64,000 nt of DNA from Octopus vulgaris (GCA_951406725.2 OX597826.1:80352001-80416000), one strand, 5' to 3'; shown: positions 26,522-42,820, numbered from the stretch's first letter. A program made the numbers and translations. Notes: a model not told the origin generated them from the letters alone.

Positions 26522-27516
26522 TGCGTTTATTTGCGTAAACAAGACCATCTGCTTATTTTGTTTAAAACGCTGCATGCCGAGCGCCGCCATATTGGTATCA
26601 CATTTACTATTTGGAGGTTTTCTCCCCTTGTCAAAAAACCTGACACTGTATGATATCGACTCGTATAAATTCATGTTATATCTTCCTCTTTTATCAATGT
26701 AAGATGCTAATATCTCATCCGAATTATGGATAACAAATAACATTTATGTATAATTTAATAAGAGTTTGACTGAGTTTCTTTCAACCCAAAGTTCCGCAGG
26801 CTTGTAGATCGAATCTAATTCGTATGTATGCATGAACTCTGCATGCATGCATGCATGCATGCATGTATGTATGTATGTATGTATGTATGTATGTATGTAT
26901 GTATGTATGTATGTATGTATGTATACCATTAATAAGTTTTATTTCAAGATTTCTTGTCAATAGAGAAAGAGCCGGTTTCTAACCTAGATTCTTTGGAATT
27001 TCAACAACATCAACAGGGTATTTTTGTATGTGTGTATACGTGCAGTATTTAGAGTCATTGCATGTGGAGATTTGTATGTTTTGTTTTATGCATGTATTCT
27101 CATGCGTATAGCTACATGTCTAGACATGTGGATGTGTACTTAAATGTATGTGAGTACGTATGAATTATTTGTTTACACTCTCTTCTTTGCGTTCATTATA
27201 ATAACAAACATCAGTTGATGTGGGAAATAATGGTATCCTCTGTGTTCGGATGGAATGTAAAATGGGTAGGAAGAACAATGAGAAGACGTTTCTTTCTGTC
27301 GGTTGCAAACTGAGAGATACTCAAAACTTTTCAATATATTGGAAGTGGGAGTCTGTGCATGTTTATTTGTTTGTGTGTGTGTGTGTCTGTGTGTGTGAGA
27401 GAGAGAGAAAGAGAGACAGAGAGAGAGAGAGAGTTTTAGCTATAGTTACACGCACGTGTTTATGTGTGCATAACTCTATATAAACAAACACACACACCAA
27501 CAAGCAGTGGCCTCAC

Positions 27517-27762
<246 letters not shown>

Positions 27763-28084
27763 CGGTAGATACATACATGCATACATACATTCATACATAC
27801 ATACATTTATATATGCATGTATTATGAATATATATGATGCACATAAACTCATGTCTATGTATATATGTATATGGTGTGTGTGTGTACATAAACATGAGCT
27901 TTTGTGTGTGTGTGTACATATGTATCTATGTATGCATCAACGCATTAATGTGTGTGTTTGTGTACGTACGTGTATATTTACATACACACAAAATAATACA
28001 CAGTCTATATTCACCAATCTACACAGATATATATATTTACCTCCCTCCGCACGTACACACACATTACATATAATTTATTTATTC

Positions 28085-28139
<55 letters not shown>

Positions 28140-28188
28140 TACATGTATGTATGTATGTATGTATGTATGAATGAATGAATGTATGTAT

Positions 28189-28226
<38 letters not shown>

Positions 28227-28261
28227 AAAGCTTGTTATAATACTATTCCACAGCCATATTT

Positions 28262-28301
<40 letters not shown>

Positions 28302-28785
28302 ATGTGTGTGTGTGTGTGTGTGTGGAGAGAGAGAGAGGGCGGGAGGGAGAGATACATATACTTATATAATATAAACATGATGCCAGTTGGATCAGATCTA
28401 TACTATTTATATATACGAGTAAAAAAAACAGACTGAGATATAAATATTAAACTGCATATCTGTATGGTGTGTATATACATGCATGCATATACGAGTGCAT
28501 ATATTAAGCGTGTGGGTAGACATGCACGAGGGTGTGGGTTAGTGTTTGTGTTTGGTTAAAGACTGGTGCCGTTGGTGTTGTGTACTTTTATGTCCCACAA
28601 GCTGGTGGTTCGGCAACTAGGTTTGCTCAGAATCAGTCGTGGAGGCCGATAAAATCGATTGGACACACGGAACCATTGCTCCGACAGAAAAGTAGAGCAA
28701 TTGGGGAAATGGTTAAAAGGAATATCGAAGTAAAAAAATATATATGTGTCTGTATGTGTTTAGATAGATAGATTGATAAATAAAT

Positions 28786-28835
<50 letters not shown>

Positions 28836-28907
28836 GATAGACAGAGAAAAAGAGAGAGATGATAGATCGATAGATAGACAGATAAATTGATAGATTGATA
28901 GACAGAC

Positions 28908-28962
<55 letters not shown>

Positions 28963-28975
28963 CAGACAGATATAT

Positions 28976-29064
<89 letters not shown>

Positions 29065-29077
29065 CAGACAGATATAT

Positions 29078-29175
<98 letters not shown>

Positions 29176-29449
29176 CGACAGACGTGTGTATATATACATA
29201 TGTAATATATATACGTACACTAATATTCATTTACATTTTTATAGTATTATACATACATGTATGCACACACACGCACATATTACATATAATGCATATATAT
29301 GCATTATATATATAACATAAATATATATATATAATATATACATGTAGTTATGTATATAAGATATATGTGCGTATGTGCGAGTTGGGGTGTGGGGGTGTTA
29401 TGGACTAAATATGCGTACATAAGTATTCTTATATCCATCCTCTTCTTTG

Positions 29450-29960
<511 letters not shown>

Positions 29961-30228
29961 CATCTCTGACCAATGTAAATATTGTGTTGGGTTATTTTTT
30001 TTATTCCTCTTTGTATGTCTATATGTATATTTGTATTATAAGAGCTCAATATATAATTATGTCCTGACTACATAATTAAAGCTGTGTAATATATAATACG
30101 CTGACAGATATATAATAAATAATTGTAACCGTATATAATTGTAACTGATATAATTTAAGCTATATACTATTCATCTTTTGTTTGTTTCAGGGTTTGGAGT
30201 GCGGCCATGCTAGAGCATCGCCTTGAGG

Positions 30229-30296
<68 letters not shown>

Positions 30297-30387
30297 TTAT
30301 ATATGAGGATAATATCGATATTTAAGTATCAATATTATCAAGTGGCCAGCATGGGAAAAATACCGTACAAAGGTAATAATTTTTAAC

Positions 30388-30455
30388 AATTAAAAATGAG
30401 GGTGTCTAAGAGACACCAACATGCCGAAATGAGGGTGTCTCTTAGACACCCTCAT

Positions 30456-30463
<8 letters not shown>
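30388..30463. repeat. Perfect 30-bp inverted repeat inside a (TA)n-flanked insert
   Basis: aattaaaaatgagggtgtctaagagacacc (30388-30417) is the exact reverse complement of 30434-30463. Confidence 0.9.
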
Positions 30464-30515
<52 letters not shown>

Positions 30516-31354
30516 GACGAGGTTCTATTAATTTCTCGTCAGCTAAATCCACTCACAGTACTTCAGTCGGCCCGAACATAGAGTAACAGGAGTCACTTGC
30601 CCAAGTGTGCCACGCTGTGGGACTGAACCCGGATCCTTGTGTTTGGGAAGCAAGCTTCTTACCACACAGCCACACCTGCTATATAATATAATCGTAGCTC
30701 TATAGTGTATACATAATATAGTTAATGCTATGTGATATATACACAACAAGCCCTGGGCGAATGCGTTGTTACATGCAAAGAAGACCAGAAGAAAGAAACG
30801 AATAGAAATTCCTCACTGGCAACAGTTGATTGTTGCGAATGGTTGTATTCTTCACAATCTTGACCGTCCTATAACTAGTTGCGAATATATTGCGATCGTT
30901 ACTTGCTATGATTCTATTCTTTAAACTTTGGCGATGCCATGAAGCTAAGATAAAGTGCAACATGTGTTCAATACATAGACGAGGAGGTACTTTTTGAAGA
31001 TAAGGGAGTTCTTTTTCTTGTTTTGCTTTTTTGTTCTTTTTAGTATCGGAAACGGATAACAGGGAGAGAGGATAGCAAGAAAAGAAAAAAAGGATATCAA
31101 TATACATGGCATCTGAAAGATCGGAAGATGGGACGGGTCAAGGATGGAGAGGATCAGTGTGAGGGGATGCGGTTAATGAGAGGTTGGGTGGGAGGAAAGA
31201 TAAAGGATGGGTGAGGAGGGTGCAGATAAAAAATGAAGAGGGGGGAAAACGCTGGAAATTATCAAAATTCATGGATTGACAGACAGACAGACAGAAATAC
31301 AGACAGATAGATGGATAAATAGATAGATAGATAGATGGATAGATGGATAGATAA

Positions 31355-31391
<37 letters not shown>

Positions 31392-31512
31392 TAGATAGAT
31401 GGATAGATAGACAGAAGGATAGAAAACACGTGCATATATACATATATATCGTTTATAAAGTAATAGTTATAAGCATGCATAAACCGATATGGATACGTAT
31501 GTGAGAATGCTC

Positions 31513-31553
<41 letters not shown>

Positions 31554-31554
31554 A

Positions 31555-31600
<46 letters not shown>

Positions 31601-31765
31601 GTATGCGTGCACACACACGGGGAGAAAGAGAGAGAAGAAATGGGGGGGAGAGAAAATTGGTTAAGTGGACGGAGACATGGAGAGAAGAGTTCGGGGAAAG
31701 ATACAGATGTACGACTAGAGAGAGACGTTAAACGTATTACAGAGAGAGGAGGGAGAGGGAGAAAC

Positions 31766-31809
<44 letters not shown>

Positions 31810-31810
31810 G

Positions 31811-31942
<132 letters not shown>

Positions 31943-31962
31943 GGATAGATAGATAGATAGAG

Positions 31963-32009
<47 letters not shown>

Positions 32010-32083
32010 AGGATAGATAGATACGGGCGAAGAGGCAGATGTTTCTAAATGAAGGGTAGAATATGGTAAATAATTGGTTAAAG

Positions 32084-32150
<67 letters not shown>

Positions 32151-32638
32151 CAGGAAGAAAGAAAGAAAGAAAGAAAGAAAGACAGGAAGAAAGAAAGAAA
32201 GAAAGACATGATGGGAGAGAAGAGAAGAGCGAATGAAAGGAAGCATTGAAGCCTGAACGAAAGAAAGACTGAAATTTTGAAGGACGGAATTCAAAAGAAA
32301 AGGTTGAATTTACGGAAGGAGAGGATTATAAGAATAAAAGAATAAAAGAATGAGAATAGGTGAAAATTTTTGCTCGATTTTTGTTTACCTTTTTGTCTGG
32401 CAATATTTTCCCTGATGTCGATGACGAGGTTCGCTTGCAACCACACATATGTGTGTGTGTGTGTGTGAGTGTGTGTGAGTGTGTGTGTGTGTGTGTGTGA
32501 GTGTGTGTGAGTGTGTGTGTGTGTGTGTTTCACGGCGAAAGAGAGAAAGAGAGAGAGAGAGAGGGACAGACAGACAGACAGACAGACACAGTGTCTATAA
32601 ATGCTTGTGCGTATGTACTTCTATGTACTCCATGTGCA

Positions 32639-32669
<31 letters not shown>

Positions 32670-32875
32670 CAATATGCATACATGCGATGCACTCGTGCAC
32701 ACATGTATGCGTGTATATGTGTGTGTGTGTGTGTGTGTATTGTCTGAGCGTGCGTTCGCGCGCGAGTGTGCAGATGCGTAGACAATAGATATGCATCTAT
32801 GTGTGTATATAGTGAGAAAAAAAATAAGGAGGGTGGGTGGCAGGGACAGGAGATCTGTGTGGGTGTATATATAAC

Positions 32876-32912
<37 letters not shown>

Positions 32913-33136
32913 ATATATATAATGTATGCATATGTATATATGTACACTGATATTTGTATATAAAAATGGATGTATATATACGTTTATATATGCTTATGTA
33001 TATGTATGGATGTGTGTGTGTGTAATGTACATATGTATGTATGTATGTATACTTGTATGTATCTATGTGCATATGTGTATGTATGGTATGTAAGTATGCA
33101 TGCATGTATGTGTGCGTGTATATATATGTATGTATG

Positions 33137-33170
<34 letters not shown>

Positions 33171-33932
33171 TGTATGTTTACAGGCACACATTTCTACAAC
33201 GCATAACAATATAATTCAAAATTCAAATTTCATAACATATATCACATTGCAATTATTATTGTTGTCGGTGGCGGTGGTGGTGGCGGTGGTGATGGTGGTT
33301 GTGGCCGTGGTGGTGGTGAATTGTTGTCCTTGTTATTGTTTGCAGTTGCTTGTGTTGATGTTGTTGTTATGAAACGTGGAGAGTTTTGCAAAGAAGCCGG
33401 GAATTGCGAGCCAGGTGTTTCGAATCCCGGCACCGGAAACAAACACACCACTTGCACTATTAAGCTTCTAAATAAGTTTAAAAGAAAACACATACAAAGA
33501 ACAAACAACAAAAACTAATTTACAACACCCGGACACACTCCCCCCCCTCTCTCTCGCGCGTTCTTGTCTTGCCGCTAAGTCATTATAATACAATATTATA
33601 GACAAAGTACTTTTACGGTGCTTTACATCTTTAGCATTCCGTTGCATACTAAACATACTTACTGACACACACACACACACACACGAACACACACTTCTTG
33701 AGTGTAATCACCTCAGCAGATACAAGCGAAATATCTACAATATAACAGTACAACTGTGTGTGTACATACGTACATACATACATACATACATACATACATA
33801 CATACATGTGTGTGTGTGTGTGACTATTTTTGCCTTGACGAAAATAAATGGTGTCAATGTTATTGTTATTTTCGGTGTGCAAGTTGAAGCAGGTGATGAT
33901 GATGATGGTGGTGATGGTGGTGGTGGTGTTAG

Positions 33933-33964
<32 letters not shown>

Positions 33965-35068
33965 CAGGTGGTAATGACTTCGTGTGTTTTCCTTTTCCTT
34001 CTTTTTTTTTGTATTCTTTTCCTTCCCACCCCCACCCCTCTCCACTTCATTGTCCAGTTGTAAAAATGTCCTCATTCGAATCGCTTCTGTAGAAAGAAAG
34101 AAAAGAAAGAAACCGCTGTTTCCTTTAACCTCCGATCGAGGGGTCACCTTCCTTCCTCTCAGATTTTCATTTCGCTTCAGTTTCGCTCTTCCATCGACCA
34201 CCGGAGAAGTCATCAACGCCACAGAAACCTCTCTCGTCTGGCTGTCTCCATCCACAGAGCAACACCACGAAGAAGGTCACCCTTCTTCAGGTTACATCTC
34301 TACATAAGCAGTCATTAGCGAACGATACACATCGGTTGGAGGTTGGCGAAATCGGTAGAGTGCTAAACTACGGCACGTTATTGTATTTTTAGGTACGTTT
34401 GAGAGTTCAATTCCCGCTCGTGGTAACGATACAACTTTTTTATCCTTCTCGTGTTGCTTAAAGAAATTGAAGAGACTGCAGACGACGTGTCTATAAGCCT
34501 TAAATGTAAATATATTACATTCTCCATTCAAATCCTGCTTCTACAGACTTTGCCGCCGCTTTCACATATCAGAATTGTTAGTTCTACTATGAATTTACTA
34601 CTACAAAATACTATTACTGCAGCCTCTGTCACTCCTACCACTGCCTCTACTACTTTTCAAGCAACTACCATTTCTATAACTACCCGATCTTACATAGAAT
34701 AACTACGTTCATTGTTATTATTTCTATTGTCGTTGTAGCTTCTGCTACTGTTTTTGCTACGAAGACGAACCTCGAGTCAGAAAGCAACCTTTCTTTCCAG
34801 ACGGGGCTGTGACAAATGAATTGGGTACCGGATAGATTACGGGTGCCGATTGTTCTCTTTCGCAAGCGATGATATTTGGGCATAAGAGGGAGGTTGCAAC
34901 GGGTAAACATACAGAAGTAGTTGTAATGATGAGAACAGTGACAGCGCTGGCACCGGTGGGAGCATCTTTAGCGATAACAGTAGCACTTTTTTAGCCAGCG
35001 ATATCTAAATACGTCTGTATATGCGTGCATAGACATTCTAGACAATGTAGATAGACAGACAGACAGAC

Positions 35069-35111
<43 letters not shown>

Positions 35112-35505
35112 AAGAGAGAGAGACAGAGACAGAGACAGAGACAGACAGATAAACAGACAGAGAGACAGACAGACAGTCAGACAGAGAGATAGATAGATAG
35201 ATAGATGTGTGTGTAATGTTGTGTGCAGCCACCTGTCTTTTAGATTTGACCTCACTCATTGGACTGCGACCATGCTGGGGCACCGGCTTGGAGATTCAGT
35301 CAAAGAAATTGACACCCAATACTTATCATTTTAAGCATGGTAGTTATTCTGTCGGAATTTTTGGCCGAGCTAGTAGGGTTGGGGAGTAAACAAACCAGCG
35401 CCGGCTACCAAGCACAAATACAAAACTACACACGCATATATATATATACATACATAAATGTATATATATATACATACATAAATGTATATATATATATATG
35501 TATAA

Positions 35506-35816
<311 letters not shown>

Positions 35817-36083
35817 TGTATGTGTGTATGTATATCAGGTTAAAAGGGCAAACGGGTATCTCATGCATGACAGGTTCGGAACCACTACAACAGTTCCGAA
35901 GGTGGTCCGGTTGGCTTATGCGTAGTACGGGTTTTCTGACTGTCATCAGAGATGGACAGGCGTCGTATCCAGGAGGATAGTCGTTCACATTCGCCGAGAA
36001 CGGACGAGAGATGGTGGGTAAGGTAACAAAGCAGGCGCCAGTTTTGTAGTCATGCACGTATATATATGTGTGTGTATACATGA

Positions 36084-36131
<48 letters not shown>

Positions 36132-36467
36132 ACATATATATATATGTCTGTGTATGTATATATTTGTATATATATATATATATATATATATACATACATA
36201 TGTATCTATACACACGCGCGCACGCGTGTATGTAAGCACGTATGCGGCCATGCTACAGCACTGCATACAAGTTTTAAATCGATCATATCCACCCCAGCGT
36301 TTATTTCTGTTTTATAATGATCCTATTGTTTTCCTGTTATCGAACCACTGATTGTAATGGACATAAACAAACACACCGGTTTTCAATCGGTATAAACATA
36401 AACACAGACATATATATATATATACACGCGCGCGCACATATATACATAGACATGCATACACATATAG

Positions 36468-36509
<42 letters not shown>

Positions 36510-36596
36510 CATTGTGAATGATGGAAGCAGTATGAGATCAAATACACGTATATAATACATAAATTTATATATACATATACATGCATATATACACAT

Positions 36597-36641
<45 letters not shown>

Positions 36642-36689
36642 CATACATACATACATACATACATACATACTTACATACATACATATAAC

Positions 36690-36723
<34 letters not shown>

Positions 36724-37334
36724 GGACTTCCACGCGGCGTCGAGTAAGCGTAACTCATTCACAAAGCCGTTGGTCAACCCCGAGCTATATACTAACATAG
36801 ACTTCCCCGAAGGTGTCACGTGGTTGAGAAGCGAACTTTGTCACCTGGCAGTCAAGCATCGATGTATCCAAAATATACGCGCCAGTGAAAACACATATGA
36901 ATTCACTCATTATCCGTGAGTGGTCTTTTCTCCACAACCAGGCATGCAATTCCGGGTACATCCTCAAATTTGGGTTCGCTTTTGTTTGCTTTGGTTTAGT
37001 TCGATTACCTCCAGCCAGGACCCTCACGACAGGAGGTTTCATCGGTTCGGAAAACCAGACATGTGACTATCTGCTTCAGTTCCTATCTGCCCCTGCTCCT
37101 CGAATCACCACTAAAATAAGGTCATTCAGCACCCTACAATTTTTAAGAGACTCCTTATCCTTCCGGGTTCCGAAAGTAGCTTTCTTCAGCCTTGACATAT
37201 TTTTTTCGGGGGTCCTGCCTTCTGATTAAATATGATTACTGTTGTTATCTAGTTGTACTTCTTACTCTTAATCTTGTTGTTGTTCTTCTTCTTCTTTCTC
37301 TTCTTCTTGTGTGTCTGTAATTTATTGTTCTCAT

Positions 37335-37765
37335 TAGTAGAATCAGTAGAGCATCCGGAAAAATACTCTACTTCCGTTTAGCATTCTACGTTCAAACCCC
37401 ACCTGGGCCAACATTTCCTTTAATCCTCACGGGGTCGATAAAATTTTTGAAAAATCAAGAACAGAGGTTGATGGTATCGACTAAACCCCTGCCCTCAAAA
37501 TTGCTCCCCTTTGTGCTTGGGTCGATAAAATAAATAACAGTCGAACGAGGATCGATGTAATTTAATTTACCCGCCTGTTGTAAAATTGCAGAAGTTGCCA
37601 GAATTAGGAAGAATTATTATGATTAACACTGCCGAGGTTGACTTTGCCTTTCATCCTTCGGTGATCGACGAAATAAGTACCCGTTGAGTACTGGGGTGGA
37701 TTTAATCGACTTATCCCCTCTCCCATGATATTTCAGGTTTTCTGCCTATAATAGAAAGGATTATT
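37335..37765 (+). mobile_element. Cluster of tandem SINE family B units
   Basis: Three gtcgataaa-type central-domain pieces with tails ending in (TAT)n. Confidence 0.7.
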
Positions 37766-37771
37766 ATTATG

Positions 37772-37812
<41 letters not shown>

Positions 37813-38534
37813 GGAACAGGTGGTTTAGATGGCTAGGAGGCTTCTTATGGAGTGTATCCTGGTTAGAAGTGAAGATCAGGTGGAACGTGTATATCCGGGT
37901 TCGAATGGCAAGTGGAACGAGAGAAGAATCGAAGGGAAGAGAAAGAGGAAACAGAACATCGTATAAGAAAGGAAGACGGTTTTCAAAGTTGTGTTGGTGG
38001 TGGTGTAAGTGGTGATGATGATGATGAGCAGGAGGAGGAAGAAGAGGATTACGATGAGGATTATGATGAGGACGATGATGAGGATTAGGATGGTCATAAT
38101 GATGTTGTGATTACGATGGTGGCGATGGCGGTAGTGGTTGTTATGATGATGATGCTGGTGGTTGCGGTGGTGGTGAAAGTGATGGTGATGGAGGTAGTTA
38201 TTATAGTGGTGGTGGTGGTGGCGTTGATGGTGGTAGTTGTGGAGGTGGGATGCTGTTGGAGGTTGTGTTGGTGGTAGTAGTTAAGTTGACTGTTGTGATG
38301 CTGGTGTCAGTGGTGGATGGGCGGGGTGGGGATTGTAAGTGGTGGTGGTGGTGGTTGTAGTTGTAGTTATGATAGTGGTGGTGGTGATGGTGGTGGTAGT
38401 AGTTGTGATGGTGGTAGTGGTGGTGGTTGTGATTGTGGTGGTGGTGGTGGTTGTGATTGTGGTGGTGGTGTTGGTGGTGGTGGTGGTGGTGGTGGTTGAG
38501 CGTCTATTGGTAGTGCTGCTGCTGTTGCTGCTGA

Positions 38535-38745
38535 AGCTGTTTAACCCTGGGTTTCGGCAGACGTATGATCAAATGCGTTCCATCCGTAGCTATCCCGTTT
38601 GTTTGTATATCTAAACACTACCAGTATCCAACGTGTATTTTACCTTTTCAAAGCAAAAAAAAAATCTGTAGCGTTTGAGGTGAGGTGGAGGGAGGGGACT
38701 TTAGTCGCTATTTCTAGCAGGGTCAAGCAACCACGTAGAAGTTCC
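38535..38745 (+). mobile_element. Interspersed repeat family E (SINE-like)
   Basis: tgtttaaccctggg...tatgatcaaatgcgttcca...gctatttctagcagggtc; related pieces at 39088-39165 (+) and ~10440-10690 (-). Confidence 0.5.
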
Positions 38746-38949
38746 GATGGCGGCGGTGGTGGAGATGGAGATGGTAGTGGTGGTGGTGGAGATGCCGGTA
38801 GTTTATGTTTGCGGGCTTTAGTGTGTGTGTGTATGAGTGTAGGCTTGTTTGTGAGTGTGGGAGAAGTGTGCATATACGTGTGTGAGCGTGTGTGCGCGTG
38901 CGCGAGTGTAGATGTTTAAAGGGGTTGTACTAAATGTGTGAATAGGGGA

Positions 38950-39946
38950 CAGTAATAAATGGAAAAGAGAAAAAAGACATCGATGAATAAAGATGAGAAG
39001 GGGAAGAAGGATGAGTAGGGGGCAGCGAGGGAGTAGGAGGTCAGTGGAAGAGGAAGGGTGAAAGGGAGAGAAAGGAGAAAGAGGGAGATGTTGTTTAGCC
39101 CCGTGACATCCCTCGTTGAATCGATTTATAATCAGAGGCACTCCAACCGTGATCAGCCCGTCGATTTGCATAACTATGATTACAATGTCCAGTGTATACC
39201 GCTGTTGTTTTATGGTGGTAGGAGGTAGGAGGAGTCAATGAAAGTGGGAGGTAATAACGAGAGAAAGGAGAAAGAATGTGGGGGGGAATTACGAGAGGAG
39301 CTGAAAGTGTGTAGGGGGGTAAAGAAAGGAAAAGAGAGAGAAATTAAGGGTAAGAATGAAGAAGTCGGTGAGAAGGGAGAGATGGGAGAGAAAGAGAGAG
39401 AGAGTGAGAGCGAGTGAAAGAGAGAGGGAGTCTAGCAGAGAGAGTCTAACAGAAAGGGCGAGAGCGAGAGAGTCTAGCAGAGAAAGGGAGAGTCTAGTAG
39501 AAAGAGATAGAGAGGAGAGTCTTGTTGAGAGAGAGAGAGAGAGAGAAACAACTTACAAAGTGAGAGAAAAGAGATGTAAGTAAAGGTGCTAGGGAGAGAG
39601 AGGGGGAGGAGAGAGGTATGGGCAAAGGCAGGGAGGATATGAAGACACACAGAGATAGTAGCAACGAAGAGAGGTCGAAAGAAGAGAGATGGTAAGAGGA
39701 GAAACTGACAGAGTGGGGGGAGGAGGAAGGAAGGGGATGAGGAGGAAAGGGTAGAATAATAGAGAAGGAGGGGAGGAGGAGGAGAGTTAGATTGGAGACA
39801 GTGAAAGACAGAGAGAGAGAGTATAATAGAAAGAAAGAGAGATATAGAGAAAGAGAAAGAGTTGGAGAGAAAGGCGGGAGAGAAGATAAAAAAATAAAAC
39901 GACAACAGAGCGAAAGAAGGAAAGGAAAGTGTTAAAGATAGAATTT

Positions 39947-39978
<32 letters not shown>

Positions 39979-39999
39979 CAAAGATAGAGAGGCAAATAA

Positions 40000-40059
<60 letters not shown>

Positions 40060-40417
40060 TTGAGGAAATTGAAAGAGAGAGTGATGGAGAGTGGTTCCTA
40101 CCTTTGGTGTGTCGGAATGGAAAAAGTATCAGTATGAACGTGTTGGTAAATAAAACCCGTTTGGCTGACTCTGTGCGCTCTCGTTGCTGGTGATGACAAT
40201 GATGATGATGATGATGATGATGAAGATGACGACGACGATGACGATGACGACGACGACGACGATGGTGATGATGAGGATGGTGAGGAGGATGCTGTGCTTG
40301 TTGTTATTTTGTTGTTGTTGTTGTTGTTGTTGCAGCTGTAGGAATAGTTGGCTGGCTGGTCGGGCTGTTCGGTGGTTGGTTGGATGTAGTTAGTTATGGT
40401 GGTTGCTAATCCTGTGA

Positions 40418-40459
<42 letters not shown>

Positions 40460-40823
40460 ACCACTACTACTGCTACCACTACTGCTGCTGCCACTACTAC
40501 TACTGCTGCTGCTGCTGCTTTTACTACTGCTAGTACTACAACTACTACTACTAACTCTGCTGATTCTCCCTGTTGTTGGTGGTGATGGTGATGGTGCTGA
40601 TGACGACGATGATGCTGATGATGAGAGGGTGGCAGTGTGTGTGTGTGTCGGGGGGAGTGGGATTGCAAGTGATGCTGCTGTTGTTGTTGTTGTTGTTGTT
40701 GTTGTTAGCCAAGGTCCGTACAAAGAAGGGAGAAAGGGGTTTTTTGATTCTTTCATTTGTTTTTCTGTCAGTTACGCAACACTGGAGCCTTTGCTGAGAT
40801 GACGGTGACGATATCAGGCTGGG

Positions 40824-40854
<31 letters not shown>

Positions 40855-41110
40855 AAGGTGAGAGGGGTAGAAAGTAAAATAGATACACACACATGCACAC
40901 ACACACACACATACACACAGTTATAGGTAGATACAGAGAGAAGAGAGAGATAGAGAGACACAGATAGATAGACAGACGGACAGGCAGGCAGGCAGGCAGG
41001 CAGGCATCCAGGCTGACACACAGACAGACACCCAGTCTGACACCCAGGCAAGCAGGCAGACTGACAGACAGGTGAGAGGGCTAGGAAGAAAAATTGAAAC
41101 TCATACACAC

Positions 41111-41200
<90 letters not shown>

Positions 41201-41430
41201 TTCTTTATTGCCCACAAGGGGCTAAACATAGAGGGGACAAACAAGAACAAACAAAGGAATTAAGTCGATTACACCGACCCCAGTGCGAAACTGGTACTTT
41301 ATTTATCGACCCCGAAAGGATGAAGGCAAAGTCGACCTCGGCGGAATTTGAACTCAGAACGTAACGGCAGATGAAATACGGCTACGCATTTCGTCCGGCG
41401 TGCTAACGTTTCTGCCAGCTCACCGCCTTT

Positions 41431-41517
<87 letters not shown>

Positions 41518-41549
41518 GATAGATAGATAGAGAGATAGATAGATTTCGA

Positions 41550-41597
<48 letters not shown>

Positions 41598-42051
41598 AGA
41601 TAGATAGATAGATTTAGATATGGAGAGAGAGCAGGCGGAGGATATTAATAGGCAGAAAGAAAGGCACTAGGGCGCAAAGACATTTAGAAAGGGAGTCGGG
41701 GAAGAGACAAGAGAAAAGTGAGACGAGAGAGAGAGGGGAAGGGGGTAGAAAGGTAGAGTGGGAGAGTGAGGGGTGGGGAGAGAGAGTGAGGTGGTAGGAA
41801 GGCAGGTTGATGGAATGGTGTAAAAATAAAAAGGAAGAGAACGAAACGTTATGTTATGGGTGAAAGAGAAGGAGAGAAGGCGGGTGTAAGGGAACTGAAA
41901 CAGGATGAAGGAGAATGAGGGTGGAGGGTGGGGAGAGATGGGGGTAGATCGGAATTTTGAAAAATGGTAAAGAAAGAGGGCGGAAAGGTGTGGAATTATA
42001 ATGAGCGAATCAACAGGTAGATAGATAGAGAGAATGTTGGTAGTGAAAGGA

Positions 42052-42088
<37 letters not shown>

Positions 42089-42400
42089 AAAATGCAGGGT
42101 AGGAGGGATGAAGAGTAAGAGTAAGAGGAACGGTAGGCGGGGGGGAAATATGGAGGAAAGCAAAGGAAACGGGAAGAGATGGACGTAGAGAGGGAATGGT
42201 GTAGAGGGAGAAGAGGAGTAAAAGCGAGAGAGTAAAGAACCGTGAGGGAGTGTGGGGGTGGAGGGGGGTGAATCTGTGCCTGTGTGACTGAGAAAATGAG
42301 AAAGAAATATCGAGAAAAAGAGAGAGAATAGAGAGGACAGTGAGGGAAAGAAAGAGAGAGAGAGAGGGGGGGAGAGGTGGAATGATAAAATTAAGTTTTA
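38950..42400. repeat. Extended purine-rich (GA/GAA/GGA) low-complexity region
   Basis: Strongly strand-asymmetric A+G tracts with (GA)n runs flanking a unique segment at 40100-40830. Confidence 0.85.
41200..41430 (-). mobile_element. SINE family B, full monomer inserted in (GATA)n
   Basis: Very similar to the unit at 9060-9290; (GATA)n on both sides. Confidence 0.9.
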
Positions 42401-42428
42401 AACAACAAAAGAAAAATCATATATATAT

Positions 42429-42820
42429 AGGAGTGGCTGTGTGGTAAGTACCTTGTTTACCAACCACATGGCTCCGGGTTCAGTCCCACTGCGTGGCACA
42501 TTGGGCAGGTGTCTTCTACTATAGCCTCGGGCCAACCAAAGCCTTGTGAGTGGATTTGGTAGATGGAAACTGAAAGAAGCCCGTCGTATATATGTATATA
42601 TATATATGTGCATGTGTGTGTTTGTGTGTCTGTGTTTGTCCCCCTATCATTGCTTGACAACCGATGCTAGTGTGTTTATGTCCCCGTTACTTAGCGGTTC
42701 GGCAAAAGAGCCCGATAGAATAAGTACTGGGCTTACAAAAGAATAAGTCCCGGGGTCGAGTTGCTCGATTAAAGGCGGTGCTCCGGCATGGCCGCAGTCA
42801 AATGACTGAAACAAGTAAAA

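Noticed and set aside
27251-27261. TGGAATGTAAA matches the 5' end of miR-1
   Set aside because: The match stops after 11 nt and no complementary hairpin arm is visible.
36720-37230. Unique-looking ORFs (114 aa +, 85 aa -)
   Set aside because: No recognisable motifs or convincing splice signals; probably old TE debris.
38317-38499. Gly/Cys-rich ORF resembling a structural protein
   Set aside because: Degenerate (GGT)n repeat with no signal peptide or exon context.
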